Of a stretch of DNA of 64,000 nucleotides, positions 27,038-37,601 are shown piece after piece (the first letter of the stretch is position 1; every line of letters starts with the position of its first letter). The notes beneath the pieces are model-generated. The model was given only the letters and a program-made list of their open reading frames with translations, made no database searches and had not been told where the DNA came from. This DNA comes from Oceanispirochaeta sp. (GTDB lineage: Bacteria; Spirochaetota; Spirochaetia; DSM-2461). The stretch spans positions 1,312,001-1,376,000 of the forward strand of contig CAXXOA010000002.1 in assembly GCA_963666275.2 (NCBI GenBank), written 5' to 3'. A program made the position numbers and the translations under genes.

Positions 27038-29368
27038 ATGATAAATGTTTATAGAAAAATAGCGGAAAAACCTTATCTGGTGTTGGTTGTACTGATCCTT
27101 TTCGGGGCAGTTTTTACGGGATCTATTAAAAAAAATGCCAGAATAGAAACAGATCTGGATAAGTATATGCCCCAGGACAATCCCGAGTTTGTCGCCAGCG
27201 ATATGGCGGAAGAGGAGTTTGAAATCCGGGACTCAGTTATTATTGCTATAGAACATCCCGAGACAGTGTACAACCCCGAGACCTTGGCTAAAATCCGGAC
27301 AATCTCAGAAATCCTCCCCGAAAGATTTGACAGGATCAAAGAGGAAGATATTTCGTCGCTTTTTACAGCGGAGAATATTACTGCCGATGAATGGGGTTTG
27401 GTCGTGGAACCTTTTTACGGAAGACGAAACATAATGCCGGAGCAGGCAGACCAGATCCGCCGGGCCGTCCAGGGAAATGAGATGGTCGACGGCAGACTTG
27501 TCAGTAAAGACGGCAGAGCGGCACTTGTGATTCTGGATATGGCGGATGAGGATTTTTCTCTCTCCTTCTATGAGGAACTGCTGAGTTTTGCACAGGAGTA
27601 TGAGGGGCCTGAAAACATCCGGATCACCGGCCGTCCCATCATAGAAGGGGAAATGACCAAACTGGGGCCTAAAGATATGGCTCGTATGGCCCCTCTGGTG
27701 CTTATATTGATTATTCTGATCGTTTTTCTCCTGCTCCGGAGTGCCAGAGATACCCTCATCAATGTCGTTATTGTACTGATCGGGACTCTATCTGCCTTCG
27801 GCATGATGACATTGTTTAAAATTCCCATTTATTCGGTATCCACCATGATCCCTGTTATGCTCATAGCCATCGGGGTGGCAGACGGGATTCATCTGCATAA
27901 TGCCATTGCCTTTATTGTAAGGGAGAACCCGGATATATCCCGGAATGAACTGATTCAGGAAACCCTGAGATCAATGAGCCGGCCGGTACAGATGACCTCG
28001 ATCACCACAGCCATCGGATTCCTCTCTCTTTTGACCAGCGATGTCCTGCCGGTGCGTTATTTCGGACTATTCACCGCCGTGGGGATTATGGTGGAAATGC
28101 TTCTGGCTCTGATCCTCTTTCCCGCTTCCATACATCTGTTCGGTGTCCCAGGAAGAAACAGGAAGAGGCAATCACCTGAAACTAAAAAGACCGTGAGAGC
28201 TCAAGGGACATTCAGTGCCAGGTACAGCCGGAAGCTCCTTTCCCGTCCCGGCCGAACCCTGTTTTTCACAATCCTTGTTCTGGCGGCGGCTGTCTGGGGC
28301 ACAACTCTGGTATGGATCGACACAAGCTTTCTGGCAAACTTTCAGAAAGACAGTGCCATTGTAGAGACTGATACTTTTGTGAATACCCATTTCGGCGGGA
28401 CTTCAACATTGAACATTGTCTTCAGAGCAGCTGAAAATGATGTGTTTAAAAATCCGGAAGTTTTGGAAGTTATGGATGATATCCAGAAAAAAGTGGAAAT
28501 GAACCCTCTTGTGGGAGACAGTTTTGCTCTCACCGATTATCTGAAGCGGATGCATCAGGTTATGCACGCCGATGATTCGGAGTACAACCGGATTCCCGAA
28601 TCCAGAGATCTGATCGCCCAGTACCTGCTGCTCTATGAAATGTCCGGAGACCCGGACAACTTGAATCAGGTGGTGGATTACGACTATGCCAATGCCAATA
28701 TGACTTTTCAGCTGAAGAGTGACAGTTCCGCTCTGATGATGGAGGTTATGAAAGAGATCGATCCCTTTCTTCCCGCACTGGCTGCTGAAGGTGTGAGTGT
28801 GCAATACGCAGGCAGCGGTTATAAATCCATGATTTTTGCGGAACTGCTCATGAAAGGGCAGATTGCCAGTCTGTTATTCTCTTTCATTCTGGTAGCTCTT
28901 ATGCTGACGCTTATGTTTAAAAGCATTCTGACAGGTCTGGCCGGCACTATCCCGATCAGCGTAACCGCCGTCATAAACTTCGGGCTTATGGGGTTACTCG
29001 GGATACCCTTGAGTTCTTCTACAGCCATTATTTCGGCAATTGCCATTGGGATCGGAGTGGATTATGCCATCCATCTGATAGAACAATACCGTACCAACCG
29101 GGAGAAAGGCTTCGGCTATAACCAAGCTGCTGAAAAGACCCTGGCGCATACGGGCCGAGCCATTGTCTATAACGCCATTGCCGTTATCGGGGGATTCTCG
29201 GTATTGCTGGTCAGTGTTTTCCCTCCCAACCGTCAGGTCGGCGGTCTGGTGGGATTGAATATGGCAACCAGTATGGCCGGGACTTTAACACTGCTGATTT
29301 TGGCGCTTGTGAAAATCGACCGCCGGAAAAATAAAGTAATCAATAATATTGAAGGTGATAGAGTATGA
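27038..29368 (+). CDS. MMPL/RND-family exporter
   Basis: Two repeats with AIGVADGIH and GIGVDYAIH, about 12 TM helices. RBS GGAGG before ATG 27038. Confidence 0.9.
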   Translation: MINVYRKIAEKPYLVLVVLILFGAVFTGSIKKNARIETDLDKYMPQDNPEFVASDMAEEEFEIRDSVIIAIEHPETVYNPETLAKIRTISEILPERFDRIKEEDISSLFTAENITADEWGLVVEPFYGRRNIMPEQADQIRRAVQGNEMVDGRLVSKDGRAALVILDMADEDFSLSFYEELLSFAQEYEGPENIRITGRPIIEGEMTKLGPKDMARMAPLVLILIILIVFLLLRSARDTLINVVIVLIGTLSAFGMMTLFKIPIYSVSTMIPVMLIAIGVADGIHLHNAIAFIVRENPDISRNELIQETLRSMSRPVQMTSITTAIGFLSLLTSDVLPVRYFGLFTAVGIMVEMLLALILFPASIHLFGVPGRNRKRQSPETKKTVRAQGTFSARYSRKLLSRPGRTLFFTILVLAAAVWGTTLVWIDTSFLANFQKDSAIVETDTFVNTHFGGTSTLNIVFRAAENDVFKNPEVLEVMDDIQKKVEMNPLVGDSFALTDYLKRMHQVMHADDSEYNRIPESRDLIAQYLLLYEMSGDPDNLNQVVDYDYANANMTFQLKSDSSALMMEVMKEIDPFLPALAAEGVSVQYAGSGYKSMIFAELLMKGQIASLLFSFILVALMLTLMFKSILTGLAGTIPISVTAVINFGLMGLLGIPLSSSTAIISAIAIGIGVDYAIHLIEQYRTNREKGFGYNQAAEKTLAHTGRAIVYNAIAVIGGFSVLLVSVFPPNRQVGGLVGLNMATSMAGTLTLLILALVKIDRRKNKVINNIEGDRV

Positions 29369-30159
29369 CTGAATTGAGAGAAAAAAAGATCCTTATGGTA
29401 TTTTCGCTGTTTTTGTTTACTGTGCTGGCTTTATCAGCTCAGCCGAGGGGACGGGACATTATGGAAAATGTCTATAACCGGTCTACCGGGGAGGATATGA
29501 CCGCTGAACTGAATATGATTTTGACCAACTCCCGTGGATCGGTACGGGAAAGAAGTATTGCCCAATACAGCAGGGAAACAGGGGAGGGGAACCAGAAAAT
29601 CATGTTCTTCCTTTCCCCGGCGGATGTAGAGGACACCAGTTTTATGAGCTGGTCCTATGATGACGGCAGCGATGATGATCAGTGGATTTATCTGCCCGCT
29701 TTAAGACGGGTAAAGCGTATTTCCTCAAAGAACAAGGACGATGCCTTTATGGGGTCCGACTTCACTTATGATGATCTTGGTGAGAGGCACCCTTCCGAGG
29801 ACAATCACAGGATCCTCAGGGAAGAGAGTTATCAAGGGGAATCCTGCTATGTTATTGAGAGTACACCAGTCAGTGATGAAGAACCATACAGCAGAACTGT
29901 TTCGTGGATTGCCAAAGATAAATGGATCGGTATCAAAAAGGATTTTTTTGATCACCGGGGAGATCTGTATAAAACATTACAGATTGATGAATACAAGCAG
30001 ATCGACGGCTATTGGGTTATTACGGATATGATCATGGAAGATCTGGACAGGGAACACTCCACAAGGTTGGAAATGGGGAACATTACATTTAACAATAACC
30101 TTTCGGATGACCTTTTTACAGAGAGGCAGATGAAGCGGAATCCTGCAGGTAGGCTATAA
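29365..30159 (+). CDS. LolA-like outer membrane lipoprotein-sorting protein
   Basis: FLSPADV, DDQWIYLPALRRVKRI, FMGSDFTYDD. Confidence 0.85.
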   Translation: MTELREKKILMVFSLFLFTVLALSAQPRGRDIMENVYNRSTGEDMTAELNMILTNSRGSVRERSIAQYSRETGEGNQKIMFFLSPADVEDTSFMSWSYDDGSDDDQWIYLPALRRVKRISSKNKDDAFMGSDFTYDDLGERHPSEDNHRILREESYQGESCYVIESTPVSDEEPYSRTVSWIAKDKWIGIKKDFFDHRGDLYKTLQIDEYKQIDGYWVITDMIMEDLDREHSTRLEMGNITFNNNLSDDLFTERQMKRNPAGRL

Positions 30160-31383
30160 ATGAAAAAAAGATTCAACCTGCACAATATAGTTCTTGCCTC
30201 TCTTGTATTCCTGCTTTCTGTTGATGCCGGCGCTAAAGAGATAGAAGTTTCCGGGATGCTGCGGAGTTATATCGGCGCAAGAGTGCAGGAAGAGGATATT
30301 CCCGTGACCGAGCAGACTGTGGACCTTTCTCTGGAAAGCTGGGGCGATATCAGCGAAATACTGATAAATCCTTATGCGTATGTTGCTGAAAACGGGGAAG
30401 TGGATATGGGGTTCAGCGAAGCCTATATAGATTTTTTCCTTCCCGGTATTGATCTGCGTCTGGGGCAGCAGGCTGTTGTCTGGGGACAGGCGGAAGGAGC
30501 CTTTATTACGGATATCGTCAGCCCTCAGGATCTCAGATCATTTATTCTGGCTGATTTCTCGGAGATCCGGAAAGGAGTCCCCGCTGTTAAAGCCGATTCC
30601 TACTTCGGACATTTGACCATGGAGGCCGTCTGGATTCCCCGGTTTGTTCCCACATCACTGCCAGGGGAGAATTCTATCTGGTATGTTCCTGAGATGACTA
30701 CGGCAGAAAGTGCTGACTTGCCTGGGTATTCACTGGAAAACAGTGAAATTTTTGGTAAGATCAGTTACTTCGGGGCAGCCCTGAACGCAGAAATCATGGC
30801 CGGTTACGCTTGGGACGACAATCCAGTGGTAACTGGAGCCGTCACATCACCGGAGAGCCGTTATTATCGTTATACTGTTACAGGAGGAAGTTTCAGTACA
30901 ACCTTGGGCCCTGTTGTCCTCCGGGGAGAAACTGCAGTCTATCTGGACCGTGAGTTTTCCGCTCTCAGTTCCGGAGAAACCGGTCCGCAGTTCAGCGCTG
31001 AATCCTATAATCAGATCCACGGTCTACTGGGACTGGACTGGAGTATGCTGGGCGTGGATATGTCTGCTCAGTATATCCATCAGCAGATCCCGGATTATGA
31101 TGAGAGTCTTTTAGCAGAAGAAATAACCCGGACTGTGACTTTCAGGGTAAGGGACAGCTATCTGGCAGACACACTGACATGGGAGCTTTTTTCCTATCTG
31201 GAGTTGCTGGATCTCGACGAGGGGACAGCCGATGCTCTTCTTCGCCCGTCCCTCATTTACAGCCTGGAAGAGGGGGTTGAGCTGAAAACCGGAGTAGAGA
31301 TCTTTCTGGGAGATGAAGAGGGCCGCTTCGGTCAGTATGAAGACAATACAATGGCCTATGTCTCCGTCAGCTGGTATTTCTGA
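30160..31383 (+). CDS. Outer-membrane beta-barrel protein (DUF1302-like)
   Basis: Signal peptide, EAYID..DLRLGQQAVVWG, terminal aromatic residue (VSWYF). Confidence 0.65.
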   Translation: MKKRFNLHNIVLASLVFLLSVDAGAKEIEVSGMLRSYIGARVQEEDIPVTEQTVDLSLESWGDISEILINPYAYVAENGEVDMGFSEAYIDFFLPGIDLRLGQQAVVWGQAEGAFITDIVSPQDLRSFILADFSEIRKGVPAVKADSYFGHLTMEAVWIPRFVPTSLPGENSIWYVPEMTTAESADLPGYSLENSEIFGKISYFGAALNAEIMAGYAWDDNPVVTGAVTSPESRYYRYTVTGGSFSTTLGPVVLRGETAVYLDREFSALSSGETGPQFSAESYNQIHGLLGLDWSMLGVDMSAQYIHQQIPDYDESLLAEEITRTVTFRVRDSYLADTLTWELFSYLELLDLDEGTADALLRPSLIYSLEEGVELKTGVEIFLGDEEGRFGQYEDNTMAYVSVSWYF

Positions 31384-31649
31384 GTAACCAAAATAAAGCA
31401 GGATCTGATGTGGCAGGATTTTAAGATTGTTTTATCTGGTAAACCTACCTTGCTCATGATCCTGCCTGCAGGGCTTAGGCCAAATTTGTTTAGCCCAATC
31501 ACTAGGTGGACGGTTTGCTGTGTGGTTGTTTTTGCTTTTTTAGTGTGATAAATGATAGCTGCGCCGGTAAATCAGTATTATCCTCAGATTATATACCGTC
31601 AAGGAGGCCAAATTCATAATTTGCCACTTCAACATTAAAGGAGTTTTAT

Positions 31650-32138
31650 GTGGATGTATATCTGTTGTATATAGTTGCTTTCATATTATTGGTTCTGTCT
31701 TTAATAAAAAGCCGGATCAAAACGAAAAAAGCCCTGATAAAAGCTTTTCGTTCTATGGAAAATATTCTTCCCGAGATGCTTTCGGTATTGATGCTGGTAG
31801 CCATGATACTGACTTTACTCGATGAAAACACTATCTCCCGGTATTTGGGTGATTCTTCGGGTTTTTTAGGACTGATTGCTCCGGCACTGGTCGGAGCCGT
31901 AACATTAATTCCCGGGTTTGTCGCTTTTCCCGTGGCAGGTAAACTATTGGAAAGCGGAGCTGGAGTTCTTCAGGTGGCAGCATTTGTTACTTCTCTGATG
32001 ATGGTTGGGATTATTACTCTGCCTATGGAAATCAAGTACTTCGGTAAACAGACAGCAATCCTGAGAAATCTGTTGTCTTTCATATTTGTCTTTGCTGCGG
32101 CATCCTTTGTCGCATTGATTGTAGGAGTGATGCAATGA
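31650..32138 (+). CDS. Predicted permease, DUF318/ArsP-like half-size subunit A
   Basis: Hydrophobic; ISRYLG, LIPGFVAFP, PMEIKYFG. Confidence 0.75.
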   Translation: MDVYLLYIVAFILLVLSLIKSRIKTKKALIKAFRSMENILPEMLSVLMLVAMILTLLDENTISRYLGDSSGFLGLIAPALVGAVTLIPGFVAFPVAGKLLESGAGVLQVAAFVTSLMMVGIITLPMEIKYFGKQTAILRNLLSFIFVFAAASFVALIVGVMQ

Positions 32139-32689
32139 AAGGATTTCTCATACGCTACCGTGGAACACTGATAACTTTGATTGTATTGGCGGTCTTTATC
32201 ATATTCTTTCCACAAAAAGCCCCGGAAGCGGGAGCCGCCCTATGGAATCAGCTAAAAACATTATTATTGATTCTACCACCTATTTTTATTCTGCTAGGTT
32301 TATTGGATGTTTGGGTTCCCAGAGAACATATGGTGAAACTCATGGGTGAAGATTCAGGAATAAAAGGTGTTCTCCTCGCATTGGTTCTGGGTTCAGCAGC
32401 AGCCGGACCGCTCTACGGAGCCTTTCCTGTGGCTGCAGTGCTTATGAAAAAGGGAGTAAAGTTTTATAACATTCTGATTTTTATCGGTGCGTGGTCAACC
32501 ACCAAAATCCCTATGCTGCTTTTTGAAATGAAATCTCTGGGATACAGCTTTGCTCTTTCCCGCCTTGTAATTGATATCATAGGTATAGGAATAATTGCTT
32601 TGCTTATGGTCAAGTTGATTCCTCAACAGAGGATACAGGAGATTTACGAGAAGGCTCAGGTGGAAGAAAATCAAGGTAAACAGATTTGA
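32135..32689 (+). CDS. Predicted permease, DUF318/ArsP-like half-size subunit B
   Basis: GLLDVWVP, AAGPLYGAFP, GAWSTTKIPMLLFE. Confidence 0.75.
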   Translation: MKGFLIRYRGTLITLIVLAVFIIFFPQKAPEAGAALWNQLKTLLLILPPIFILLGLLDVWVPREHMVKLMGEDSGIKGVLLALVLGSAAAGPLYGAFPVAAVLMKKGVKFYNILIFIGAWSTTKIPMLLFEMKSLGYSFALSRLVIDIIGIGIIALLMVKLIPQQRIQEIYEKAQVEENQGKQI

Positions 32690-33288
32690 AATTTTCTGAT
32701 CTCTTCAAAGACGCAGTACAGAAAGACTATGAGAAGGGAGAAGTCCTTCATAGACCTCATGAAAAATGCATTTCTTTGGGGTATGTACAATCAGGAATGT
32801 TAAGTATGAAGAATTACTTGTCATCAGGAAAAGCATTATCCCTAACGAAATTTTATCCTGGAGAAATGTATGGTGAATTGCTTGTCCTTGCAGAAGAGAA
32901 TTATAGAGGATGGTTGATTGCCGATGAACCAACGACTGTTCTGGAATTGAATGCAGAACGATTGAGTTATTTATTGATGGAGTCATCTTTTAAAAAAATA
33001 TTCTTTCGAAGAATTTCCTATCGGGTCTCCACAATGACTGAAAGAATGGAAATCCTTACATATAAGAAAGTATCAGACCGTATTATCCTATACTTTTTAA
33101 GTCACTACGATGAAGGTAAGGAGTTTGAAATCAATATTACGTCTTTGGCTGAAGAGTTGGATTGTTCCAGAGAAGCGTTATCAAGAGCCATCTCATTTCT
33201 TGAGAAAGAAGAATTTCTATCCAAGAGAGGACATAAATTGAGAATTTTGAGTTTTCCTTTACTGGAAACTAAGCTATCATTCAATTAG
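32686..33288 (+). CDS. Crp/Fnr family regulator (HcpR-like)
   Basis: YGELL, HTH LAEELDCSREALSR; TTG start. Confidence 0.82.
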   Translation: MKFSDLFKDAVQKDYEKGEVLHRPHEKCISLGYVQSGMLSMKNYLSSGKALSLTKFYPGEMYGELLVLAEENYRGWLIADEPTTVLELNAERLSYLLMESSFKKIFFRRISYRVSTMTERMEILTYKKVSDRIILYFLSHYDEGKEFEINITSLAEELDCSREALSRAISFLEKEEFLSKRGHKLRILSFPLLETKLSFN

Positions 33289-33294
33289 GTCAAT

Positions 33295-33624
33295 ATGTTA
33301 GTAAGTCGAAAAATGGATGAGAAGACTCTTCACCGGATGCATTCCATCTATTGCAAAAATAACCATCAGTCTTCTTCATCTTTATGTGAATCCTGTAAAT
33401 CACAATTTGAATACAGCCTTCAGCAAACGAAACATTGTAAATGGAAGAATCAAGGAAGACTATGTTCTTCCTGTGCTGTTCATTGCTTTGAAGAAGAGAA
33501 ACGAGAGAAAATCAGAGATGTAATGAGATACTCCGGACCTCGTCTTTTACTCACAAATCCAATACTGTCAATTCGGTATCTTATACTGAAATCTATGCAA
33601 GGAAGGATTTCCAGAAAGTTGTAA
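33295..33624 (+). CDS. YgbA-like (nitrous oxide-stimulated promoter family) protein
   Basis: IYC...LCESC...C...CSSCAVHCF...VMRYSGPR. Confidence 0.85.
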   Translation: MLVSRKMDEKTLHRMHSIYCKNNHQSSSSLCESCKSQFEYSLQQTKHCKWKNQGRLCSSCAVHCFEEEKREKIRDVMRYSGPRLLLTNPILSIRYLILKSMQGRISRKL

Positions 33625-33644
33625 TCAGGAAATCCTTCCATATT
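33602..33644. repeat. 43-bp direct repeat, copy 2 (also a likely bidirectional terminator)
   Basis: GAAGGATTTCCAGAAAGTTGTAATCAGGAAATCCTTCCATATT; overlaps the ygbA-like stop codon. Confidence 0.9.
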
Positions 33645-33650
33645 AAAATC

Positions 33651-35276
33651 CTATTTTCCTGCCATCATGGCAGCAACATCTTCAGATACTTCACCGGTAG
33701 GCTTGATGTTAAAGTTCTCCACAAGGACTTTCGCCACATTGGGAGAGAGGAACGCCGGAAGGGTTGGTCCAAGACGGATTCCTTTTACTCCTAGAAAGAG
33801 TAGTGCAAGAAGTACGGCTACAGCTTTCTGTTCATACCAGGCAATATCAAAGGAGATGGGAAGGTCGTTGATATCATCCAGTTCAAAGACCTCTTTCAGT
33901 TTTAAGGCAATCAGAGCCAGGGAGTAGGAATCGTTGCACTGACCGGCATCCAGAACTCTTGGAATCCCTCCTATATCACCCAGGTTCAGTTTATTGTATC
34001 TGTATTTAGCACAACCGGCAGTGAGGATGACACTATCCGCAGGTAGAGTTTCGGCAACTTCAGTAAAATAGGAACGAGTCTTTTGCCGGGCATCACAACC
34101 ACCCATTACGACGAATCTTTTAATGGCGCCGGATTTCACAGCGTCCACAACTTTATCCGCCAGTGCGAAAACCTGTTCATGGGCAAATCCTCCGACAATA
34201 GATCCTGTTTCAATCCCTGTAGGAGGTATACAGGATTTTGCACAATTGATGACCGCTGAAAAGTCTTTTTTTCCGTTCTTCTCTTCAATATGGGGTACTC
34301 CCGGATATCCGGCCATGCCAGTGGTGAAAATCCTGTCTTTGTAGGCATCTTTAACAGGTACTATACAGTTGGTGGTCATAAGGATAGCACCGTTGAAAGA
34401 ATCAAACTCCTTGTCCTGTTTCCACCAGGCATTTCCATAGTTTCCGTAGAAATGATCATACTTCTTGAATTTGGGATAATAGTTGGCGGGCAGCATCTCG
34501 GAATGAGTATAGATATCAATACCAGCATCTTTGGTCTGTTCCAGAAGCTGTTCAAAATCCTTCAGATCATGTCCTGAAACCAGTATTCCCGGTCTTGTTC
34601 CAACACCTATATTTACAGTGGTAATCTCCGGGTTGCCGTAGGTCTCGGTATTCGCTTTATCCAAGGTCGCCATAGCCGTAACCGCCGCTTCCCCGGTTTT
34701 CAAGGTTAAGGCAATCAGTTTATCGATATCTGATTCAGTAACCAGATTTGCTAGAGCCTGTAGATGGAAATCCCAGAGGCTTTCATCCTCATAACCCAGG
34801 ACTTTGGCATGAGTGGTATACGCTGCCAGGCCTTTCAACCCGTAGGTTATTAATCCTTTTAAACTTCTGATATCTTCATTCTTTTCTGCGAGAACTCCGA
34901 CTTCCTTTGCTTTTTCTGACCAGGCAGACTCAGGGGCATCCCATGCAGCGCTGTCATCAGAAAACACTGATCCTTTGGATTTCAATGAGTTCCTGATCTC
35001 AAGGGCTTCTTTTATCAGATCGGTGATTCTTTGGTCATCAAAGTTGGCATTGGTAATCGTGGCAAATAGAGCGGCAGCAATAAACTCAGCTGTTTCAGCT
35101 TTTCCCTTTTTGTCCAGAATGCCTTTTTTCTCAGCATCCAAAGCAAGTCCAGCCACTCCTTTGAGGCTATGAATGAGTAAATCCTGGAGGTTTGCTGTTG
35201 ATTCGGGTTTACCGCAGACACCTCTTTTATCGCAGCCGGTGTTTTTTGCTGCTTCCTGACATTGAAAACAAAACAT
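33651..35276 (-). CDS. hcp: Hybrid cluster protein (hydroxylamine/NO reductase)
   Basis: MFCFQCQE...GC...GVCGK, SGHDL, THSEMLP, TTNC, GGCD, GCAKY, GQCNDSY, WYEQKA. Confidence 0.97.
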   Translation of the reverse strand: MFCFQCQEAAKNTGCDKRGVCGKPESTANLQDLLIHSLKGVAGLALDAEKKGILDKKGKAETAEFIAAALFATITNANFDDQRITDLIKEALEIRNSLKSKGSVFSDDSAAWDAPESAWSEKAKEVGVLAEKNEDIRSLKGLITYGLKGLAAYTTHAKVLGYEDESLWDFHLQALANLVTESDIDKLIALTLKTGEAAVTAMATLDKANTETYGNPEITTVNIGVGTRPGILVSGHDLKDFEQLLEQTKDAGIDIYTHSEMLPANYYPKFKKYDHFYGNYGNAWWKQDKEFDSFNGAILMTTNCIVPVKDAYKDRIFTTGMAGYPGVPHIEEKNGKKDFSAVINCAKSCIPPTGIETGSIVGGFAHEQVFALADKVVDAVKSGAIKRFVVMGGCDARQKTRSYFTEVAETLPADSVILTAGCAKYRYNKLNLGDIGGIPRVLDAGQCNDSYSLALIALKLKEVFELDDINDLPISFDIAWYEQKAVAVLLALLFLGVKGIRLGPTLPAFLSPNVAKVLVENFNIKPTGEVSEDVAAMMAGK

Positions 35277-35405
35277 AGTATCTCCTTTATAAACAGTTTT
35301 ATAAAAGTCTAATGGATAAAAAATTGTTTTCCAGTGAGGAATTATTCTATTCAGAAAGATTGCAAAGAAGGAATTATTCTCATCTTTGGAACTAATGTGG
35401 CAAGA

Positions 35406-35957
35406 TTATGATAGAGTTTCCCTGTGGTTAAAGGAGCTTATATACCTCTCAGCCTTAGCAACCCTTGTCTCCAAGTCGCCAGAAAGTTCTATCACCGGAG
35501 TGTTCCCTGCAAGGTCGCCGATGATTCTTTGAATCATTATGTCGACTTCTTCTTGAAGTTCGGAATACTCATCCGAAGGGGAATTCTGAGTTACAATGTC
35601 TTCTACAGGAAGATAAAAAAGAGCATCCAGAGACTCAATACTTTTCTTAACTTCTTCAAAATACTCATCTTCGTCAATTTCTCCATAATTATCAGCAACA
35701 AGAGTATATGCAAGAAGATCTACGGGAGATCTATCGAAGAACACATCTTCACTTTGCTCCTCTTCTATCAATTCGAGTGATTTTTCAAGCATGGCCCGAT
35801 ACTCATCGAGAGATGGTGGGTCGGGAATCTCATATCCCTCTTCCAGTAATAGATGGTAAGGTTCGTCGTATATAATATAATTGGGAAAACTCTCAGAAAG
35901 GAGCTCAATAATTGTTGATTTTCCACTGTTGTGTGAACCAGTAACTGCTATAAGCAT
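35406..35957 (-). CDS. P-loop NTPase (AAA_28 / nucleotide kinase-like)
   Basis: IAVTGSHNSGKST Walker A, FDRSPVD. Start set at MLIAV. Confidence 0.75.
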   Translation of the reverse strand: MLIAVTGSHNSGKSTIIELLSESFPNYIIYDEPYHLLLEEGYEIPDPPSLDEYRAMLEKSLELIEEEQSEDVFFDRSPVDLLAYTLVADNYGEIDEDEYFEEVKKSIESLDALFYLPVEDIVTQNSPSDEYSELQEEVDIMIQRIIGDLAGNTPVIELSGDLETRVAKAERYISSFNHRETLS

Positions 35958-36093
35958 TGATAATCTCCAATAAATAATTTCGAGGACAGTAGTTGATAGA
36001 TCTAAGTATTTCACTTTTGTTTTGATTCTATTAAACTAAATTTGATTGGTTAATCTGTATAATATTCAATATCGAGTTAAAAGTGAGAAAAAC

Positions 36094-36999
36094 ATGAAAA
36101 AGATCAAAATGAAGTCAGGTTTGAATATTACTATAGATTTAAGTTTAATAATCTTTGCAGGAATCCTCTACGCATTTGCTCTAAAATACTTTGTTCTACC
36201 ATCAAAAATAATTCTTACTGGTACTGAAGGGATTGCCTCATCGTTATCCTATTTTTATGACAGTGAGAGATTATTCTTGTATTTATATATCGGTTTTCAG
36301 TTTCTTATTCTGACATTTGGTTTTTTCAAAGTAAGTAAGCAGTTTGCAGTAAGGTCTTTCATCACAGTTTTAATAGTTGTGCTGTTCTTACGTTTTCTGC
36401 CTGAGTTCCAGTTCGCACAACCAGAATCTCAAAACGAAAGAATTATTCTCGTTATATTTGGAGGATTGTTAGCTGGTGTTGCAAAAGCTTTAGCTTTTAA
36501 ACATCGGGGTTCTACAGGAGATGAAGATGTTATTGGTGCATATTTTGCAATGAAACTTTTAAAACCTGTGGGATTTGTATCAGTGATAGCCGCTATTGTT
36601 TCTACTACATTTGGAATTGTACTGGATGTTATCAAGACGGATACTTTTGAAGTTGCCATCAATACTCTCATGTATACAAGTATTTATATCTTTATAGCAG
36701 CAGAAACTCTGAATAATTTGTATAAAAAGTTTCAAATCACTCTGTTGACAATCATGACTGATGATCCAGAAAAGATCGGTGAGCTAATTAAAAGGACACT
36801 TGATTATAGGACATATACAGGTCAGACGGCTTCTGGGGGGCATAGTAAAACAGAATATCAAATGATAAAAACGATAATTACAAGAGAGGAGCTTCCCGAA
36901 TTGCTGAGAATCATTGATTCTGTTTACCCAGAGTGTTTTTACTATTATCATGATGTAGAAGGAACTTCAAGAAAATACTTTATTAGACCAATAGGATAA
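36094..36999 (+). CDS. YitT family membrane protein
   Basis: LTGTEGIA, FGGLLAG, GSTGDED; C-terminal DUF2179-like domain. Confidence 0.82.
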   Translation: MKKIKMKSGLNITIDLSLIIFAGILYAFALKYFVLPSKIILTGTEGIASSLSYFYDSERLFLYLYIGFQFLILTFGFFKVSKQFAVRSFITVLIVVLFLRFLPEFQFAQPESQNERIILVIFGGLLAGVAKALAFKHRGSTGDEDVIGAYFAMKLLKPVGFVSVIAAIVSTTFGIVLDVIKTDTFEVAINTLMYTSIYIFIAAETLNNLYKKFQITLLTIMTDDPEKIGELIKRTLDYRTYTGQTASGGHSKTEYQMIKTIITREELPELLRIIDSVYPECFYYYHDVEGTSRKYFIRPIG

Positions 37000-37003
37000 T
37001 TAT

Positions 37004-37531
37004 ATGATGAGAAAGTGGGATAAGATAATTCAAATCAATTTAATTCTTATAGTATCAGCCTTTTCTTCCTGCACTCAAGAATCAAGTTTTCCAAATTTAT
37101 CAAGAACATCATGGAATAACAGAAGTGTGGATAATATTGAATATTCTTCATTAGCACAAGGAATGACTTATTTACCTCTGTATTCACATATTTATTATAT
37201 ACAAGAAAATAAACCCTTTTATTTAACTTCAACGGTAAGTATCAGAAATGTTTCAAAAGATGATAAGGCATATCTTTTATCAGCAGATTATTTTGATACT
37301 GATGGTAATCTGGTTAGAAGCTATCTTCAAAAACCAATCTATTTAAATCCATTAGAGACTGTTGAAGTAGTAATTGCTGAATCTGATATAAAAGGTGGAT
37401 CGGGCGCAAATTTTCTGTTTAAATGGGCAGTAGGAAATGAACTGAACCCAATTTTATTTGAAGCTGTGATGATATCTACTTCTGGCCAACAAGGTTTATC
37501 TTTTACATCTAGAGGTGTTAGAGTTTATTAA
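37004..37531 (+). CDS. DUF3124 family lipoprotein
   Basis: Lipobox FSSC; TYLPLYSHIY, STVSIRN, GGSGANF, EAVMI, SFTSRG. Confidence 0.8.
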   Translation: MMRKWDKIIQINLILIVSAFSSCTQESSFPNLSRTSWNNRSVDNIEYSSLAQGMTYLPLYSHIYYIQENKPFYLTSTVSIRNVSKDDKAYLLSADYFDTDGNLVRSYLQKPIYLNPLETVEVVIAESDIKGGSGANFLFKWAVGNELNPILFEAVMISTSGQQGLSFTSRGVRVY

Positions 37532-37601
37532 CCGTCTTTCTATCTTCAACCTGTCCCATCATCGGAACTGAATGTAGCAATCTTGCTTCATTCAACAACA
37601 T

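Noticed and set aside
31397..31466. Long imperfect hairpin GCAGGATC...GATCCTGC as an attC site or MITE
   Set aside because: No RYYYAAC/GTTRRRY ends, no second copy and no integron integrase; probably a terminator-like structure.
35325..35350. Crp/Fnr box upstream of hcp
   Set aside because: Only one half-site (AGTGA) is visible.
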